64,000 bases of DNA from Podarcis melisellensis. Its lineage: Eukaryota. A program made the position numbers and the translations under genes. A model generated the notes under the pieces. It saw only the letters and a program-made list of their open reading frames with translations, ran no database searches and had not been told where the DNA came from. Where the stretch lies: assembly GCA_964234715.1 (NCBI GenBank), contig OZ174278.1, one strand, 5' to 3'. Of the stretch, positions 12,762-26,548 are shown piece after piece; position 1 is the first letter of the stretch; each line of letters starts with the position of its first letter.

Positions 12762-12840
12762 AGTCCCGTAGCACCTTAAAAAGCTAACAAATGTATTGTG
12801 GCATAGGTTTTCATGGTCTGCTTCATCACATGCTTGAAGT
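12762..12840 (-). mobile_element. Old Penelope-like element terminal fragment with degenerate hammerhead core
   Basis: Shares GTAGCACCTTA with the elements at 41.5 and 63.7 kb. Minus strand reads GCAT-GTGATGA-AG...GAAA-ACCTATGCC, a decayed CUGAUGA/GAAA layout. Confidence 0.5.
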
Positions 12841-14229
12841 GTCATCTTAAATTGGCAAGCATATATGCACATTGGGAGAGAGATGTCAGAGGAGGAAGGA
12901 ACAGTCAGGTTCCATTCCTTTCCCCTTTTTGCATGGGTCTCCTGTCCTCAGTCCACTCTGTTTCAAGCATGATATACAAATGTATAAAAGAAAAATGCTT
13001 ATTGTGTAGCTTTTTCGTGTGAAAAATGTTTTTAAAAGTAAAATATTGTTTGGGCTTTAAAATAGATAAATAAAATAAGAGTGTCTGTCACAAAATAGCT
13101 GTTATGGGGTGGCATAACCCAAAACTAGAGAGACAGTCACCCCTGACAACCTTATGCTTAAAGTGGGATGTCAGCTTTGTACCCATTGTGCAGATGTCAC
13201 ACACACACAGAGAAAGAGAGAGAGAGAAAGTGTCTAATCGCAACAGTACCATAAAAAGTATAGAAGGCAACCTCACTACACTATCATTTCACAGAAATAA
13301 CGTGCTTTCCAGAAGGGCTCAAGACTTTTTTCTTTCTTTTTTAACGAAAGCTCAGAGTTTGGGGCACCTGTCCCAGAACACCAGTTAAAGCCTTAACAGG
13401 CATCATGGGCACCAGACTGAAGACACCTGTCCTAGCAACTCCAAGCAGCTATTACCAGTTGGAAAAAAGAAAAAAATGTACAAGGCAGCTGACTCAAGCT
13501 ACCTCACAGAACTTCTTTGGGGTGGGTGGGTTCAAAGAAGTAGCTCAACCTGTCTGTACATTAACCTATGAAGGTGAAAGACCAGGTGAGTTTGCTCAAG
13601 ATACAGACCTCCAAGATTCCTCCAGCGCCCCTCATGTCAGAGGCAAATGATGTGTATAAAGAACTGTGAAGGCTAGCTTGAAAACAAAATAGTCAACACT
13701 ATTTTGCACTATATCACAGCAATGGTGATAACAAACATCCTGGCATTGACAAGCTAATTGACACATGAATTGCAATAAAACAGTTCAAGCCGTATTTCAA
13801 GCCATAAGTGAATTGCCTCATAAATTGTAATTCAGCACACTAGAGTTTCCCACTGAAGCTGCTTTGTTTAATTAGGGCCAGTTACAGAGTATCCTGAGAG
13901 GCAGAAAAGTTCTCCCACAGGCTTTTTGCAATTGCCATTTATGATATATTTGTGTCCCTTTGTTGCTTTGCAGAGACAGGCCTGCTGGTTCCATGTCGAA
14001 TGCAGAAGAGCACACTGGCAGATGTTGGCAGATGTTACATTGGACAATGAGGGGGTTAATAAATTCCTGGAGTTGCAGCTGACAGTATGAGATCCTGTAG
14101 CTCAAGTCCCCCCCCCCAGGGTCTGTTTCTAACAGGTCTTAGATGGAGGTGTCCACCCAAGGCTTGTGAGAAGGAAGTATCATTGTCCAGATTAAGCTGT
14201 AGATTACTGAGGACACATCAGTAGACTCA

Positions 14230-14560
14230 TCCAAAGCTTGCTGTGACATGTTTGTGAGGAATTCGGAAGTTAAAATTGCTTGCATAAACCAGGATTTGAA
14301 TTCCATCTTTTGGAAGAGGTGATTCTAGTGAGGTGTCTGGTGATGTTGGAGGAGCTTCAGTTGTTGTAATCAGAGATCATGGGTAAGGTAGTTGAAGGTC
14401 AGTTTCCATCAACTACCTGTGTCTTGAATCCTTGCCTTTCCTGATTTCTAAAATTGGGCAGGGAGGGGATTGTTGGTTGGGCTTCAAGAAGAAGTTGGTC
14501 CCAGGTATTCTGAAGGTGGTGGTAGTAACACTACTCCTGAAGAAATTGTGGATAACTATG
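14230..14560 (+). mobile_element. Degenerate L2-clade LINE ORF2 fragment
   Basis: Broken translations such as ACCDMFVRNSEVKIACI, TTCVLNPCLS*FLK and VVTLLLKK resemble the L2 pre-RT motifs (F.DKI; TTC.LDP.P..LLK; V.PLLKK). Confidence 0.6.
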
Positions 14561-14779
14561 AAGTGACAGGGATTAGTGGCTAGATGCACTATAGCAATAT
14601 TAGAGGTGATACTCTCAGTGATATCTTTGTGGGTATAACGGCCTCAGCAGCCATAGTAACTGGAATGGTGAACTCTGGGAGATTTTCAACGGGTTGCTAT
14701 TTCCTCAGGATACTGATATTATCCTGTAAGAAACTTGGGAGTACTGGTCACACACAGTTTTGAGTACATGCATGTGTTC

Positions 14780-14822
14780 ACTTTTCATGGGTGATGTGCA
14801 TACTTTTCATGGGTGATGTGCA
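14780..14822. repeat. 22-bp period tandem duplication (acttttcatgggtgatgtgca x2)
   Basis: Direct inspection. Confidence 0.9.
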
Positions 14823-15699
14823 GCATATACCTCTGTGCACAATATCAAGACTTGCCTGAATTTTATTTTCTGTAGAGTATATCTGTGGCGCGCTTAAACT
14901 AGTAACACATCTAATCTAGATAAATAGATGTTTGTTATGTTTTTAACTCTGCATTTCATGACATAAAATATTTTCTTTTGCTGAAAAATGGTTTATCTGC
15001 TGGTCTCTTTCTGAAACAAACATAACCACACAATATTAATCATGTTGGCGTGGAAGAAACTAAATGGCAACAGGAGGACAAACAGGAAACATTTAAGAAT
15101 GGCCATATTAGCAGAGTCAAAGAGATGAACTACTCTTGTCTTTATATAAATTCCGCTTTTTGAAAAGAGGAAAACCTTAACATCCCTTACAAAATATGGT
15201 GGAAGATGTTAAAAACAGAATTTAAAAGTATGCCAGGCATGTCCAATACTACCCTAACACACCAGAGTAAAGTAGTTTAAATATAAATTGTACAGATACA
15301 CACATCAATGCAACTCACTTTCAATGGCCATTTTGTCTAAAGCATCACTAGAACCTTTTGTGCAGTTCAGAATAAAAACAATTTTTTGTCCTCAGGCTTG
15401 TGAGCAGCAGTTGCCATGGAAGCAGGTTAATAACAGCTCAGTGATTTGCCCAGAGCTAACGGTGAACCTGGCTGCAGATTTAACACACTCACAAAAGGAG
15501 GCCAACTAAAAAAAAAGAGAGGACTGAAAGTATTCTCTGGAGAAGGGTATAAAATGAAAGTGGATGTGCGCACACACACATGCACACACATTTTTTTATA
15601 AGGAATATAAATAGAAGAAAAAGAACAGGAACCAACTATGGTGCATAAAGCACTGGGAAAAACTCATGCTTTTCGAGCATGGGCAACCCCTGCACAAAG

Positions 15700-15982
15700 G
15701 GGTGCTGTCAATAGCATAAAACCCATACTTGGAGGTGTAAGACTTGTCAGTGTGGCAGCCCCTGTTCTGTGGGACAGTATCCCTGTTGGAATAAAACAGG
15801 CAACCGTTATTTGTACTTTACAGAAACCACTGAAGACATTTTTTTGTTTCAATAAGCTTTACCAGCTGGGTGTATTGTTTAAGAACCTATCTTTTATGCT
15901 GTTTGCTGTTTTGACTGTTTTCCAAGCTATTTTTAGTTATGCATGTCACCTACAGATTCATGTGGATTCAAACAATAAATAA
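15700..15982 (+). mobile_element. L2-clade LINE 3' fragment
   Basis: ORF 15638..15982 contains VSVAAPVLWDSIP..IKQA...LKTFF, resembling the L2 C-terminal FSVAAP.LWNSLP...LKT.LF motif; followed by an AATAAA-containing tail. Confidence 0.6.
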
Positions 15983-18900
15983 AAGTGATCCTGCACTATC
16001 GCCACCTACATGCTGTCTTAAGATGACTAGTGCTGTGAGTCTGGTCTCAAACACTATCTATACTGGCACTTAGTAGAGCAGGGCATAAATAAATTGTCAT
16101 TATTTATCATTGTGTCAACAGAATAAAATGCAGAATGGATTCCCGCATTCACCTACATACACACAGCCAAGTATTTATGGATCATCCTTTACAAAGTGGG
16201 CAAAGCAACTTGCCCATACTCACCTTATTACCCAAAGCAACAAACATTGTTCAGGAGAGGGTGGGTAGCCTATGACTCTCCAGATACAGCTGCTGGATTG
16301 TTTTCAATTTTGGTTGTCTGCTTGTGTGTGTGTGTTTTCTGTTTGTTTTTGTAATTGTTTGTTTTCTTATTATTTTTTGTCTGGATTTAGATATTATAAT
16401 ATTATGCACCCCTCTGGGAACCTTTGGGTCCAAGGGCGGAATGCAAATTCCACAAATATATAAATGCAACTCCCATAATCCCTGACGGGATGTTGGCTTT
16501 TCTGGCTGAAGCCAATGGGAGTTGGAAGCCCAACAGCATTAGGGGGACCAAAAGTTACAGCCATTGGCTGTAAAGAGATTTGCCTTCCCAATTCTCCCAA
16601 CACAGTTACACGGAGAACTATTCGGATGCTCTAAGCCACTATGGGTTGATTAGCATGTCAAGAAGAGTTCTAAATACCTCAGTCAAGATTGCTGCCCACC
16701 TCCACTGGGAAAACCTTGAGTTTTGGGGAAACTCTTGACATTTTCCAAATGTATAAGAGCATCCAACAGATAACTACCACACATCAAGACAATAAATGTA
16801 CTGTCACACCAAAACAATCACACACTCTATGGTTTTATTTAACTTTTTTAAAAAAAGTTTGCAACATTCCTGCAGGTTAAGAAGGTCTTAAAAATTCAAG
16901 AGTAAACAAAGCTTCCCCTACCAACAAATGGTTGGCCCTGAATTAATAGAAATACTGAGTTTTGAAGTTCTAACTCTTGTTTCATAAGCTCCAATATAAA
17001 TCTACAGTTTATCATATTATGTGAAATGGTGTGTAGATTCTGTGGAACAGTGTATTAAACTACTGGCAGACCTTCAAACAGCTGGGAAAGGAGCTTTTCT
17101 GTAAGTTTAAATGAGAAGCTAGCCTTGCCCTTGCCCTTGCCCCTTATGGAACACTATCTCTAGCCATGTATAAAATGTAATGCTTTAACTAGAAGTCTCT
17201 GTATTAAATAAAATAAATACTGTGAGCATGTGAATAAATGCTCTGCAGGGGTTTCAGGCTGGAGAAACTTCCAACTTTACAACATGTTGACACCTGGCAG
17301 GAGGTGGCCTCAGGATGACTGAACCTCTCTTATTCTTCCCATCCCCTGAATCCCTTGCCTTCAATACACTTGCCAACTCAGCTCTTCAATTTTGTACCCA
17401 AGGATTAAGCCCTGTTCCTTCATCATTCCCAAATAATTGGTGCAGAACGGTTTGTGGCAGTATATGCAGAAAGACACTCAGAGGCAAAGGTAAAACAAGC
17501 AGTTTGTAAGAGCCATCGAGAACCAGCTGGGCATTCATTATCAGTTTGCTTTAAGCTATTTTTAAAATTGTATTTTTAAATGGCTGCAACCTGCCCTGGG
17601 ACCTTATGGTGAAGGGCAGATAAGAAACTGAATGCATAACAAATAATAAGCAATATTTTTCTGGTTTTGAGCTATGCTGTCAAACAACTTTGCCAGAAAG
17701 GGAGAACATGGGAAGGGCATCCTATATTATGGGCTCACATTGAGTAAGTTTTGAACACTGATCTGGGGTAGCAAGTTCATCCAAGGTGACAAATGAAGGA
17801 TAATGGTTGGAGAAAAATAAACACAGTACTATACAGTTACGGTCCTCATGACAAAACTAGCATGATTAATTGTAGGCTGGGGAAGTTGGAAATCAGAAGT
17901 GATTGCTCACCATATACCTAAAGAAAATTTGTCCAGAAACATAGGTGCTGCTTACAACAGTGGCCACAGAAGATGACTGCTTCATATTGGTGGACACATA
18001 CCAATTCATTTAGATTTTCAAGCTTGTTGCAGGCCAAAGTTGTTGCATTTATCAGCTGTACACCTTCAAAACCAATCATATCCATCTTTCCATTTTGATA
18101 GCAGCAATAATGCTTCTCTGCTGTCTCAAATCATGATAACGGGATCCTTCTTACAAACAGTGAAGCAGCAAACACTAAGCTACATGCTTTTCCTATTGAA
18201 CCTTTTCAGATAAATTTAGTGCGCCATGAAGCTGGCAGCTGATGACAAAGAGGGTTCTATTATAATAAGCTGAGAGAGAGAAGGACCTAGACTGGCCTGT
18301 AAAATGGAAGAAGCTGATCTAATGTTTGACATCAACACTGATTCAAGTCTAGCTGGTTTAGATAATCAAAAGTGCTCAAAATACAGCACTTGAGACAACA
18401 TAAGCAAGAAGAGACCTCTTGATCCATTCGCTTGAGATGAAAGTAGGACAATGTTACCCCTTCTGGGGTGGCAAGGCAAAGCTGAATAAGCCCTTCTGTG
18501 TTGTGTTTGAAAAGGTTAAATTATTTTGCAACACAAGGTACCGCGAAACATCAGGAGGAAATTTGCTGCTCAATTATCTTCCAAAACATTTATGTTTTCT
18601 GACATACTCCTTTCAAAAGGAACTTCAAAGCTGCAGGTTTACTGTATTTTATAGAGCTCCCAAACGTTTATCTAAAGAACAGTAAATTCAACAGCATATC
18701 CCGTTGCTATGGTTAGTTTGATCATCAGGAAATTAAGGATTTTGGGCCCCAAAGCACTGAAAGGTATGGGCCCCTAACTCGCTACCCATAACATACGGAA
18801 ACGACTTGCGAAGCCTCTCAAGCAGTTCTGTCCACACAGCTTGCCTCTCTGTCCTAATCACAATACAGTCTCTGGATCCAAACCAAGCTCTCACCTCTGT

Positions 18901-20425
18901 ATGGCTTGCTCATTCTATGCCACTCTAATGCCATTTCCTGCTCCTGAACCTCCCTCCTCTGCATAGTATCTTCTTGCATACTCAGTGTTTCCTCACTAAA
19001 CATGTTCCCCTATTTTGATGCCTTCCTTTCCATTCCTTACAGCCTTTAAAAAAACCAAAAGGGTGGGGATCCCATACCTGGCCAGTCCCACCCAAATTCC
19101 CATAACTTTCTCTCTTCCTCTACCATACACATCTCACAAATTCTGTTATTTCTCCCCTCTCATGCTCCCCTTCCTCTCCCTGCCCCAATATACACCCAAT
19201 TATCCTCTCCACCATATCCTACAATTCCTGGTGTGCCTCCTATATTGTCCCCTCAGCCACTGTTAACAACTGACCTGTGCCAAACATCCTACCTAGCGAG
19301 GGCTACGGCTGTTGCAGCCCTATCTGTACCTTAGGGCAGAAGGGAGATGCATAAATTGGTAGTGTCCCTTCTTCTGCAGGATTCTGATTGTTGGATTACC
19401 GAGATGACAGCTAACTTCCTGCTTAGTGTGATGAAGAGGAAAGCGGCACCAACTTTTTCTTTAATACCACAGCTGTAGTTGATATGCCGCACAATCAAAC
19501 GAAGTTCCAAGTAGCCTTATTGTACAAGGACAAGGAGCTAGGACGATATCTATTTTTACCTCCCCACCCCCATTTTATGTTGTTATTTCTATGTATATTA
19601 TGCTATGGCCATACGGCTAATGCAATAAAAAAAAAAAATCTAATTTGTAGTGAAGCCATTTCATACACTGCCACTTCCAGCATATACATTCAACATGGGT
19701 GCTGCTTCCATGGGGCAAAGTAATTGATAGAATAGTTCCATCAGGCATCCAGGTATACTGTGCAAAAAAAAATATGCACATTTCTCTCTTTTAAACTGGA
19801 GCTGGGTGGGAGAGAAATAGGAATAGTGTGTTGCTATACATCTATTCAGCCAATAGGTTCCATTTATTATTGCTAATATTGCTCTGCCATGCTGTTTCCT
19901 AATGCTCTCAGAACAAAGCGACACAGGAATAAGATACAGAAAACTCAGTAGCAATCCAGAAATATCACTACTTTGTGGAAATAGCTTGAGAAATATGAGA
20001 GTTCACTAGTTTCCCCACATTTCCTAACTGCTTCTAGGATCAACTGCTAGAGAAGGAAGAAATAATAATAATTATTATTATTGTTTTTAAGAAAGGAAAG
20101 TCAACTCAGAGCATTAGGAAGATGTAGGCTAAGTAATCTGAAAAGCCTTGAGCTGAAAATATTAGTTTCCTGGGCTATACCACATTCTTTTGTTCCTCCA
20201 CATGAAATATTTCTGCAAGGAGAAAATGGAACAAGTTGCCTTGGGTAAGTTTGTGGCTGGTGAGCCCCCCCCCCCCCGAAATAGATATAGATGAGGTGCT
20301 GGGCTAATATAAACTTCTTCCTTGTGTGCAATTCTACCATTAAAAGGATTCTGCTACCTAATACTTGCTCCAACATATGCAGTGTCCACACACCAGTGAC
20401 GCATCTATGTCTGTATGGCCTGGAA

Positions 20426-20590
20426 GGGAGCTGGTTGAGCAACTGATATGCATGCAGAACATCCCAGGTTTAATCCCTGACTAAGGCTGGGAAATATTCC
20501 TGTTTTGAACCCTGGAGAGCTTCTGCCTCTGAGTATAGACAAGATGAGCTCATGGTCTAACTCAGTTTAAGGCAGCTTCTTCCTATATTC
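20426..20590 (+). mobile_element. Old tRNA-derived SINE (Squam2-like)
   Basis: tRNA-like head (...GCATGCAGAACATCCCAGGTTTAATCCCTG) and a body ending ...GGTCTAACTCAGTTTAAGGCAGCTTC. Family assignment from recall. Confidence 0.5.
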
Positions 20591-22566
20591 CACTGGCAAG
20601 TAAATGCTGCATGCCTGAGTACTGGTAGGCACATGGGTTAAGAAGCCCTTTAAAAGATGTGACAGCAGGCAGCCTGGAACCCTGGGTGGGCAACTGCTGG
20701 AAGTGAACAGAACATCTTGTTTAATCAGGCCACATAACCCCAAACAATGATAATACAGTAGAACATCAAACTGGCTTTCTATCCACAGCTCTCAACTTAT
20801 TCAAAACACCTAATATTCACAGAACACATGTCCTTTCAGAACCTGCTCCCACCAAAGAGAAATGCTTAAAATTGTGGGTTATCAAACAACAACAACAACA
20901 TGGCTTCAAATAGCACCAACACTTGAAGGGTTCAGACAACCAGGAACCACACACTAAGAAACTGCATGGCACTAGTAACCACATCTAGTCCATCATTAGC
21001 ACCTCTCAGTCTTGGTTCCCCAGTGTTGCCCTGTCCTCTGTTTTCCCCCCAGTCATCTATTGAAGTTGTCAGCATGTGACAGCAGCCACACCCTGAGAAT
21101 GGCTTCGACTGGCCGGCTAAACCAGGTGAGTGTAGCCGATAGGTCTCAAACCCTCAGTGAGTTAGAGACATCCCCTGCATGCAAAGGTAAGTTATGGTGG
21201 ATTGAGAGGATGAGACCAATAGGAAGTCCAGTGGTCAAGAAGGCAGTTGTAGAGGGAAGTGAGGAGCAAATGAGGGTTAGGGATTAGAGTGGGGCAGCGG
21301 GTGTGGCTTGGGGATAGTCTGAGGCCAGATAGAGAATCCTGTTTTAAAGTATATCGCTAGAAAAGGGAAGCAAAGGGATTGTGGGATTCCTTCTCTCACA
21401 CATGCCTAGGCATTGTATTTTAGTATTATTTGCTGTTGGTTGTGTTTGATGGATTAGTCTGTCCTACCCAACTCCAGCCTTCCTAGCAAAGGACACAGAG
21501 ACCATTCTAAGATCACAACAGTGTGCATTCCGTGACAAAACTTCAACGCATCATCACAGAAGCCTCTCCCCCAACTGAAAGAGTAAGGTGAGTTAGCTCA
21601 GGGCTAGCTTCCCATTATATTCATTACATAAATTACTAGTATATGTAAGCAACCACTTTTCTGTCTGGGATACCCAGCAGATTTCAAGTGCTTCCATATT
21701 TGCTTTTATTTTAAAAATACATGCAATACCACAATATTCACAATACATGCAATGCCAAACCTGTATCAAGCAATAGCATTAATAAAATAATACAAAGCAT
21801 AATATAAAAATATGCAAAGACTCCCCCCCCCTTTCTTTTCTTTTTAAAGGATTTCCAATATATTTGAACAGGAGAATTCACTCAGGGACACTTCATTACA
21901 TCACTTTTAGAACATGTGAGTGCACTGGGTCTTTTAGGAAAGTCAGACTGTAACATGGGAAGAAATACACCAATCTCTGTCAGTAAGCAAAAACATTCAG
22001 AGCAATAAAGTAGAAGATTATCCAGAGGTCAACACAGATAAATATGTGTGTATTCCCTTTCACAAGCTACACCTTCAAACTCATTAAGGCACAGATGCAT
22101 TTTAAATTACCTTCAAAATAAATCTGTATTTAAAACTGAGGGGTATTTTGCCAACTTTCCTTACTTTGTAAGGTTAGCTGACTATTATGTCAGTGTGGAA
22201 AAAATGAAAAATACATTGACATGCGAGCCCTGCGCTCTGTTTCTAATCCATTCAAAAGTTTGTTTTTGAAAGAAGATCAAGGAGAAGATGACTCTGTGAT
22301 GGAGACAATTTATTTAAGCCTAGCAAGAAACCCATCACATAAAAGAGATTGCTCACATTTGCAACTGAATGTTGAGTCTGAAAGAAAAAAGGAAGGAAAT
22401 CTTTACAAGATGAAGAATTTAAGAGACTCTGAATCAACAACTGTGTCAAACATTTTGCAGTCAAGAGCATGCATCTAAAACCACTTCAGAGCTATCTGCA
22501 TCTGGAATTGGACAGAGCTTGTTCACTGCCTTTGCCTACCATAACATAACATAAAGCAGCTCCTTG

Positions 22567-22658
22567 CATAGCTGTCAACGTTTCCCTTTTTTAAAAAGGG
22601 AAATTCCCTTATTCCGAATAGGATTCCTTGCAAGAAAAGGGAAAAGTTGACAGCTATG
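22567..22658. mobile_element. 92-bp hAT MITE, copy 1
   Basis: TIR CATAGCTGTCAAC...GTTGACAGCTATG; perfect 8-bp TSD gctccttg (22559-22566, 22659-22666). Confidence 0.9.
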
Positions 22659-23003
22659 GCTCCTTGGGAGTCCATGGACAATAGACATCAATGAAATAAA
22701 CCGGTTAACAGTGAAAGACCTGGCCTGTATGAGGGGATAATTCATTAAGGGAAGATTCTATACAACCTATGAGTAAAATGTCTACCCTGTTTGCCCAATC
22801 TGGTGTAAGAAGAGGTAGAGGGTGCTAGATAGAGTGGGAGCCCTATCCTATGGGGGAAGAGAAAGGAGCTACTAGTAGGGAGCCCCCAGATGCCCTGCAA
22901 AGATCTGCCTCCAGTTTTTCCCACCTGGATCATGGATTGCTCCAGGTATGAAAAGAGGGAGGGCAAATAGGACATTTGTGCAACTATCCAACCTTACTAA
23001 TGG

Positions 23004-23235
23004 TAGGGTTGCCGTATTTTTGGGCCAAAGTTGTTGATTTTTTATTGCAACATCTAAAAAAGAGTGAGAAGTTGTTGAGCTACTTTTAAGGAAATTTGTC
23101 AGAAATCTAGGTTTCCAACATGGGTTTCCATACGTCCAGATTTTCCCGGTCATTTAAGCGATTTCCGCCCGGACACTGTTTCTGACTGCCATATTCCAGC
23201 TATGTCAGGGAAATTCCAGATGTATAGCAGCCCTA
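23004..23235. mobile_element. hAT (Blackjack/Tip100-like) MITE
   Basis: Termini TAGGGTTGCCGTAT ... GTATAGCAGCCCTA; perfect 8-bp TSD actaatgg (22996-23003, 23236-23243). Confidence 0.85.
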
Positions 23236-25315
23236 ACTAATGGGCCCCAACACAATTTCAAAGGCAGATCTAGGGAATCGTCACTGGTTCAGTTGCATTG
23301 GGCATGGAGCTTCTAGGATGCTGCAGCAGGAACCCCAACCACGAAATCCAATGGAAGGCTAGCGGCTGGTGGGTGGGGGAAGATTTTGGCGTCGGGCAGG
23401 CACCAATGAAATTTGAGACACCATGGTCCACCACTGATTCTTTGTTATAAGGAAAGCAAAGGGGAGCCAAATTCCAGTATTAGTTGCCATCTATCCCTCC
23501 TGCAGTGGCTTTATAAGGTGCAACTCTGCTCCAGAGTATAACACCTACCCAGGGTAAGAACAGTGATTTTTCCCAGCTGTTCCTCTCTGGTTCCTTCCTG
23601 AATAGATTTTTTGCCAATTGGCAAAATCCTCTTGCACAGGAGATGAGTACCTAGGTTGGGAGAATGCAAAAGACAGGCTGGGACCCTACTTACTGTCAAG
23701 GGTTTCTTACTTCCAATTGTTTTAACTACTGTAACAATGGAAAGGTTGTTTTAATTGGGCTGCTGAAACAAAAAAAGCTTAGTGGAAAACCAGGTGTGCT
23801 TTTTTGTGTGAAAAGGCTGAGAATGAGAGGCCCGTTCTAGTTTATGCTGCTCCCTTTGACTATGTAAACACTTGGCTACTATTGGTAGATGAAAAGAAAA
23901 ACAAGTATATCTCACAAAACTGAAGTCTGTCCTTCACAATCTAGGATTTCTTTCTTATATCTTTCCAGCTGAGGCAGTGATCCCACATATCTCAAAATGT
24001 ACCCCAAAGCCATAATCAATAATAAAGCAAGCATTGACTGTGATGGAGCTATTTTTCTAGGCTTTAAAAATCTAGACCATCTGCTACTGAAGGAAGAGAT
24101 AGTTTGCAGATCCGTGTTATTTATCTGCGACTGATTACTGACATCTCAGTAAAAAATATCTACTGAACTGTACATCCAGTTGACCAATAGGCTACTGTAG
24201 CTTTTAAGCTGCCCAGAAAACCAGACTAAGCACAACAAAACTTCATTAGACGGTCAGTGACACACGGATATCATTTGTCTTCTCGTCTTGCTTTCTCAGA
24301 TCCAGTTTAAAATTTATCCTTGCTATCTTACTATACATTCTTACTGGTTGCTTAAACTAGGACATTTTCATCCTCCAAGTTAAGGCACTGCTTAGAAATG
24401 CTAATAAGTGAGTGAAATAGAAATGCCTTAAATAAAATGAAATAAATAACACGTTTCATGCCAGCCGCAAAAAAAGTGATTGTAAAATATGAGTGCCATA
24501 GCAAATCAGCAGGCAGAGAACTTTATGCATTACTGCTAGGAAGCTTATATTCTGATCTTCAGGCCTGCTTGTCCACTAAGGATGATAAAAGAATTTGGAA
24601 GGGGGAAAATCATGAAAGAGCATATGGTGCAAATTAAATATGCAGGTTTGCTTTTAGCAAGGAGGAAAGCCATGGTCAAAAATGCATTCAGATGAGACGT
24701 TCAAAACCACTATATATTTTAAATATGGAACCTTTCCCAACCTGGTGCCCTGCAGCTGTTGTTGAAATATGGCTCCTATCATCCATAATTGTTAGCAATG
24801 CTGATTGGGACTTATGGGCATTTGAGCCCAACAACAACAATAGGGAGCAGAGTTAGCGCTGGCTGCTATGAAGAATACCTAACTCACAACCTCTACACAG
24901 AAACTACCAGTCACTGAACCAATGGGAAAACAGCCCAAAGAAACAAGTATGAGTGTAAATTAAGTCTAAGGTGTAAATAAAGTCTAAAGTAGGCTATATT
25001 ACTCCCTTGAGAACCACAGAAGTCAAATATCTGGACTGCAAAGGATATGTGGAAGACCATTTGACTTTTTGTATATGGGCAGTTTTAAAGATTATTCTGA
25101 GTAGCCAGGTAAGTGATGCAAAATATGTCTTACTCTGTAAAACAGTTAGGAACAAATGCTTTGAAACAGACAACAAAAAAACCTGCCAAGTGAGAATCAG
25201 ACACATCAACATATATATTTAGGAACATTTTTGCTACAGCTAGGAAAATGACTATTATGGTGCTATCATATTTAAATTCTCCAGTTAAGATATTAGACCC
25301 CAGGCTTTTATTTAC

Positions 25316-25435
25316 CTTGAATCCCCAAAGGACTAACATTGCCTCTCAATGCTGGCACATGATGGTACTGGTGTAGCCTTGAATTCCTGTACATCCATTG
25401 GTACCTGCCAATTTCCATTTCTGGTCTGGTGATCA
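25316..25435 (-). CDS. GPM6B: GPM6B 120-nt cassette exon ((V)ITRPEMEIGRYQWMYRNSRLHQYHHVPALRGNVSPLGIQ(G))
   Basis: Manual translation resembles the recalled 40-aa mammalian M6b insert (VNSRAEMEIGRYHWMYPGSKNHQYHPVP...). ggcag|TG acceptor, CAAG|gtaaat donor; symmetric phase 1/1; no stops. Not in the ORF track. Confidence 0.9.
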
Positions 25436-26188
25436 CTGCCAATTTTAGGTGGTAAAAAGTCAGTGTCTCCAGCAAAGTTCAGTTTTACTTTAAGTACTTT
25501 TATTCAATTCAGATTTACTATAAAGAAAGCAGGAAAGGGAGCAAGGATGCAGAAATTTATGCTGAGATTTCGTAACAGAAGCCAGCCACACCCACACACC
25601 AATCAGAAGAAGGGGCTGCAATTATTAGTAGAATTTAGGAAGCCTGCTAGATTCCTCAGAGAACATATAAATTTGTATGTTGACATATCAGTAGCATCCA
25701 GTACTCTAGAGCAGCCTCCCCCAACCTGGTTCATTCCACATTTTTTGGATAACATCTCCCATCCGCTGGCTGGCTGGGGCTGATGGGAGTTGGAGGGCAC
25801 AAGGTTGGGGAATGCTGTTCTCAAGTCATTTTTATGGCATTTCCATCCTTTATCACATGCATTCCTCTGTTCCCTTCTTTACTGGCAGTGAGCCATTCTA
25901 TAGCTGATAGATTACAGCAACTTTTTCTATCCTAATTGTGGGAAACCACATTTACTATTTTTAACTTTTCACTAAACCCAGCAGAGCAAGATTATCACTC
26001 CCAGATGGAGTGAGGGAAAAAAAAATATCAAAGCACAATTTCAACTGTTGCAGTATTAAGCAGTTAGCATCTTGAGAAAACAAGTAGATAAGGCAAAGCT
26101 GTAGCATATTGTGCAAAATTGTTCGAGGGTACACTGGCAAGTTCCTTTGATAATTTGATAGCATACTATTTATTAGAATAATAGAAAT

Positions 26189-26548
26189 TAGGGATGAAGA
26201 AATCTCTCTTTTTCATTCTTCCTGTCTTAAATTCAGTTCTTTACCTTTCTGAATCAGTTTAGAAATTCACCAGCACTTTAGTGCAAATTTCTCCTAATAA
26301 ACACATTTTTGTATGCAGTTTTAATATGCACATTTATGCCAACAATTTCCCTATATATAATGCATATTTGTATGCTACGTTATTTGCAGAAATATAGGCA
26401 TTTTTATGTACGCTTTCCCTAACATGCATTTTTGTACACATTGCAAAATTCAGAAAAGTTATGCTTCAGTTCACATATTTGTTTGAGAGCATGAATTAGG
26501 TAGCTTCCCATTTAATGCTAACGAAATCAAATTTCTTCTCTATCCCTA
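26189..26548. mobile_element. AT-rich hAT-type non-autonomous element
   Basis: Termini TAGGGATG ... TATCCCTA; degenerate 8-bp TSD atagaaat / gtagcaat. Confidence 0.6.

Noticed and set aside
17900-18250. Minus-strand Cys-containing peptide (IFCGHCCKQHLCF) suggesting a transposase relic
   Set aside because: Too short, interrupted by stops, and no further domain motifs or termini found.
21085-21190. Possible Vingi/RTE LINE 5' fragment
   Set aside because: Only vague recall of similarity; no TSD, ORF or foldable ribozyme could be supported.
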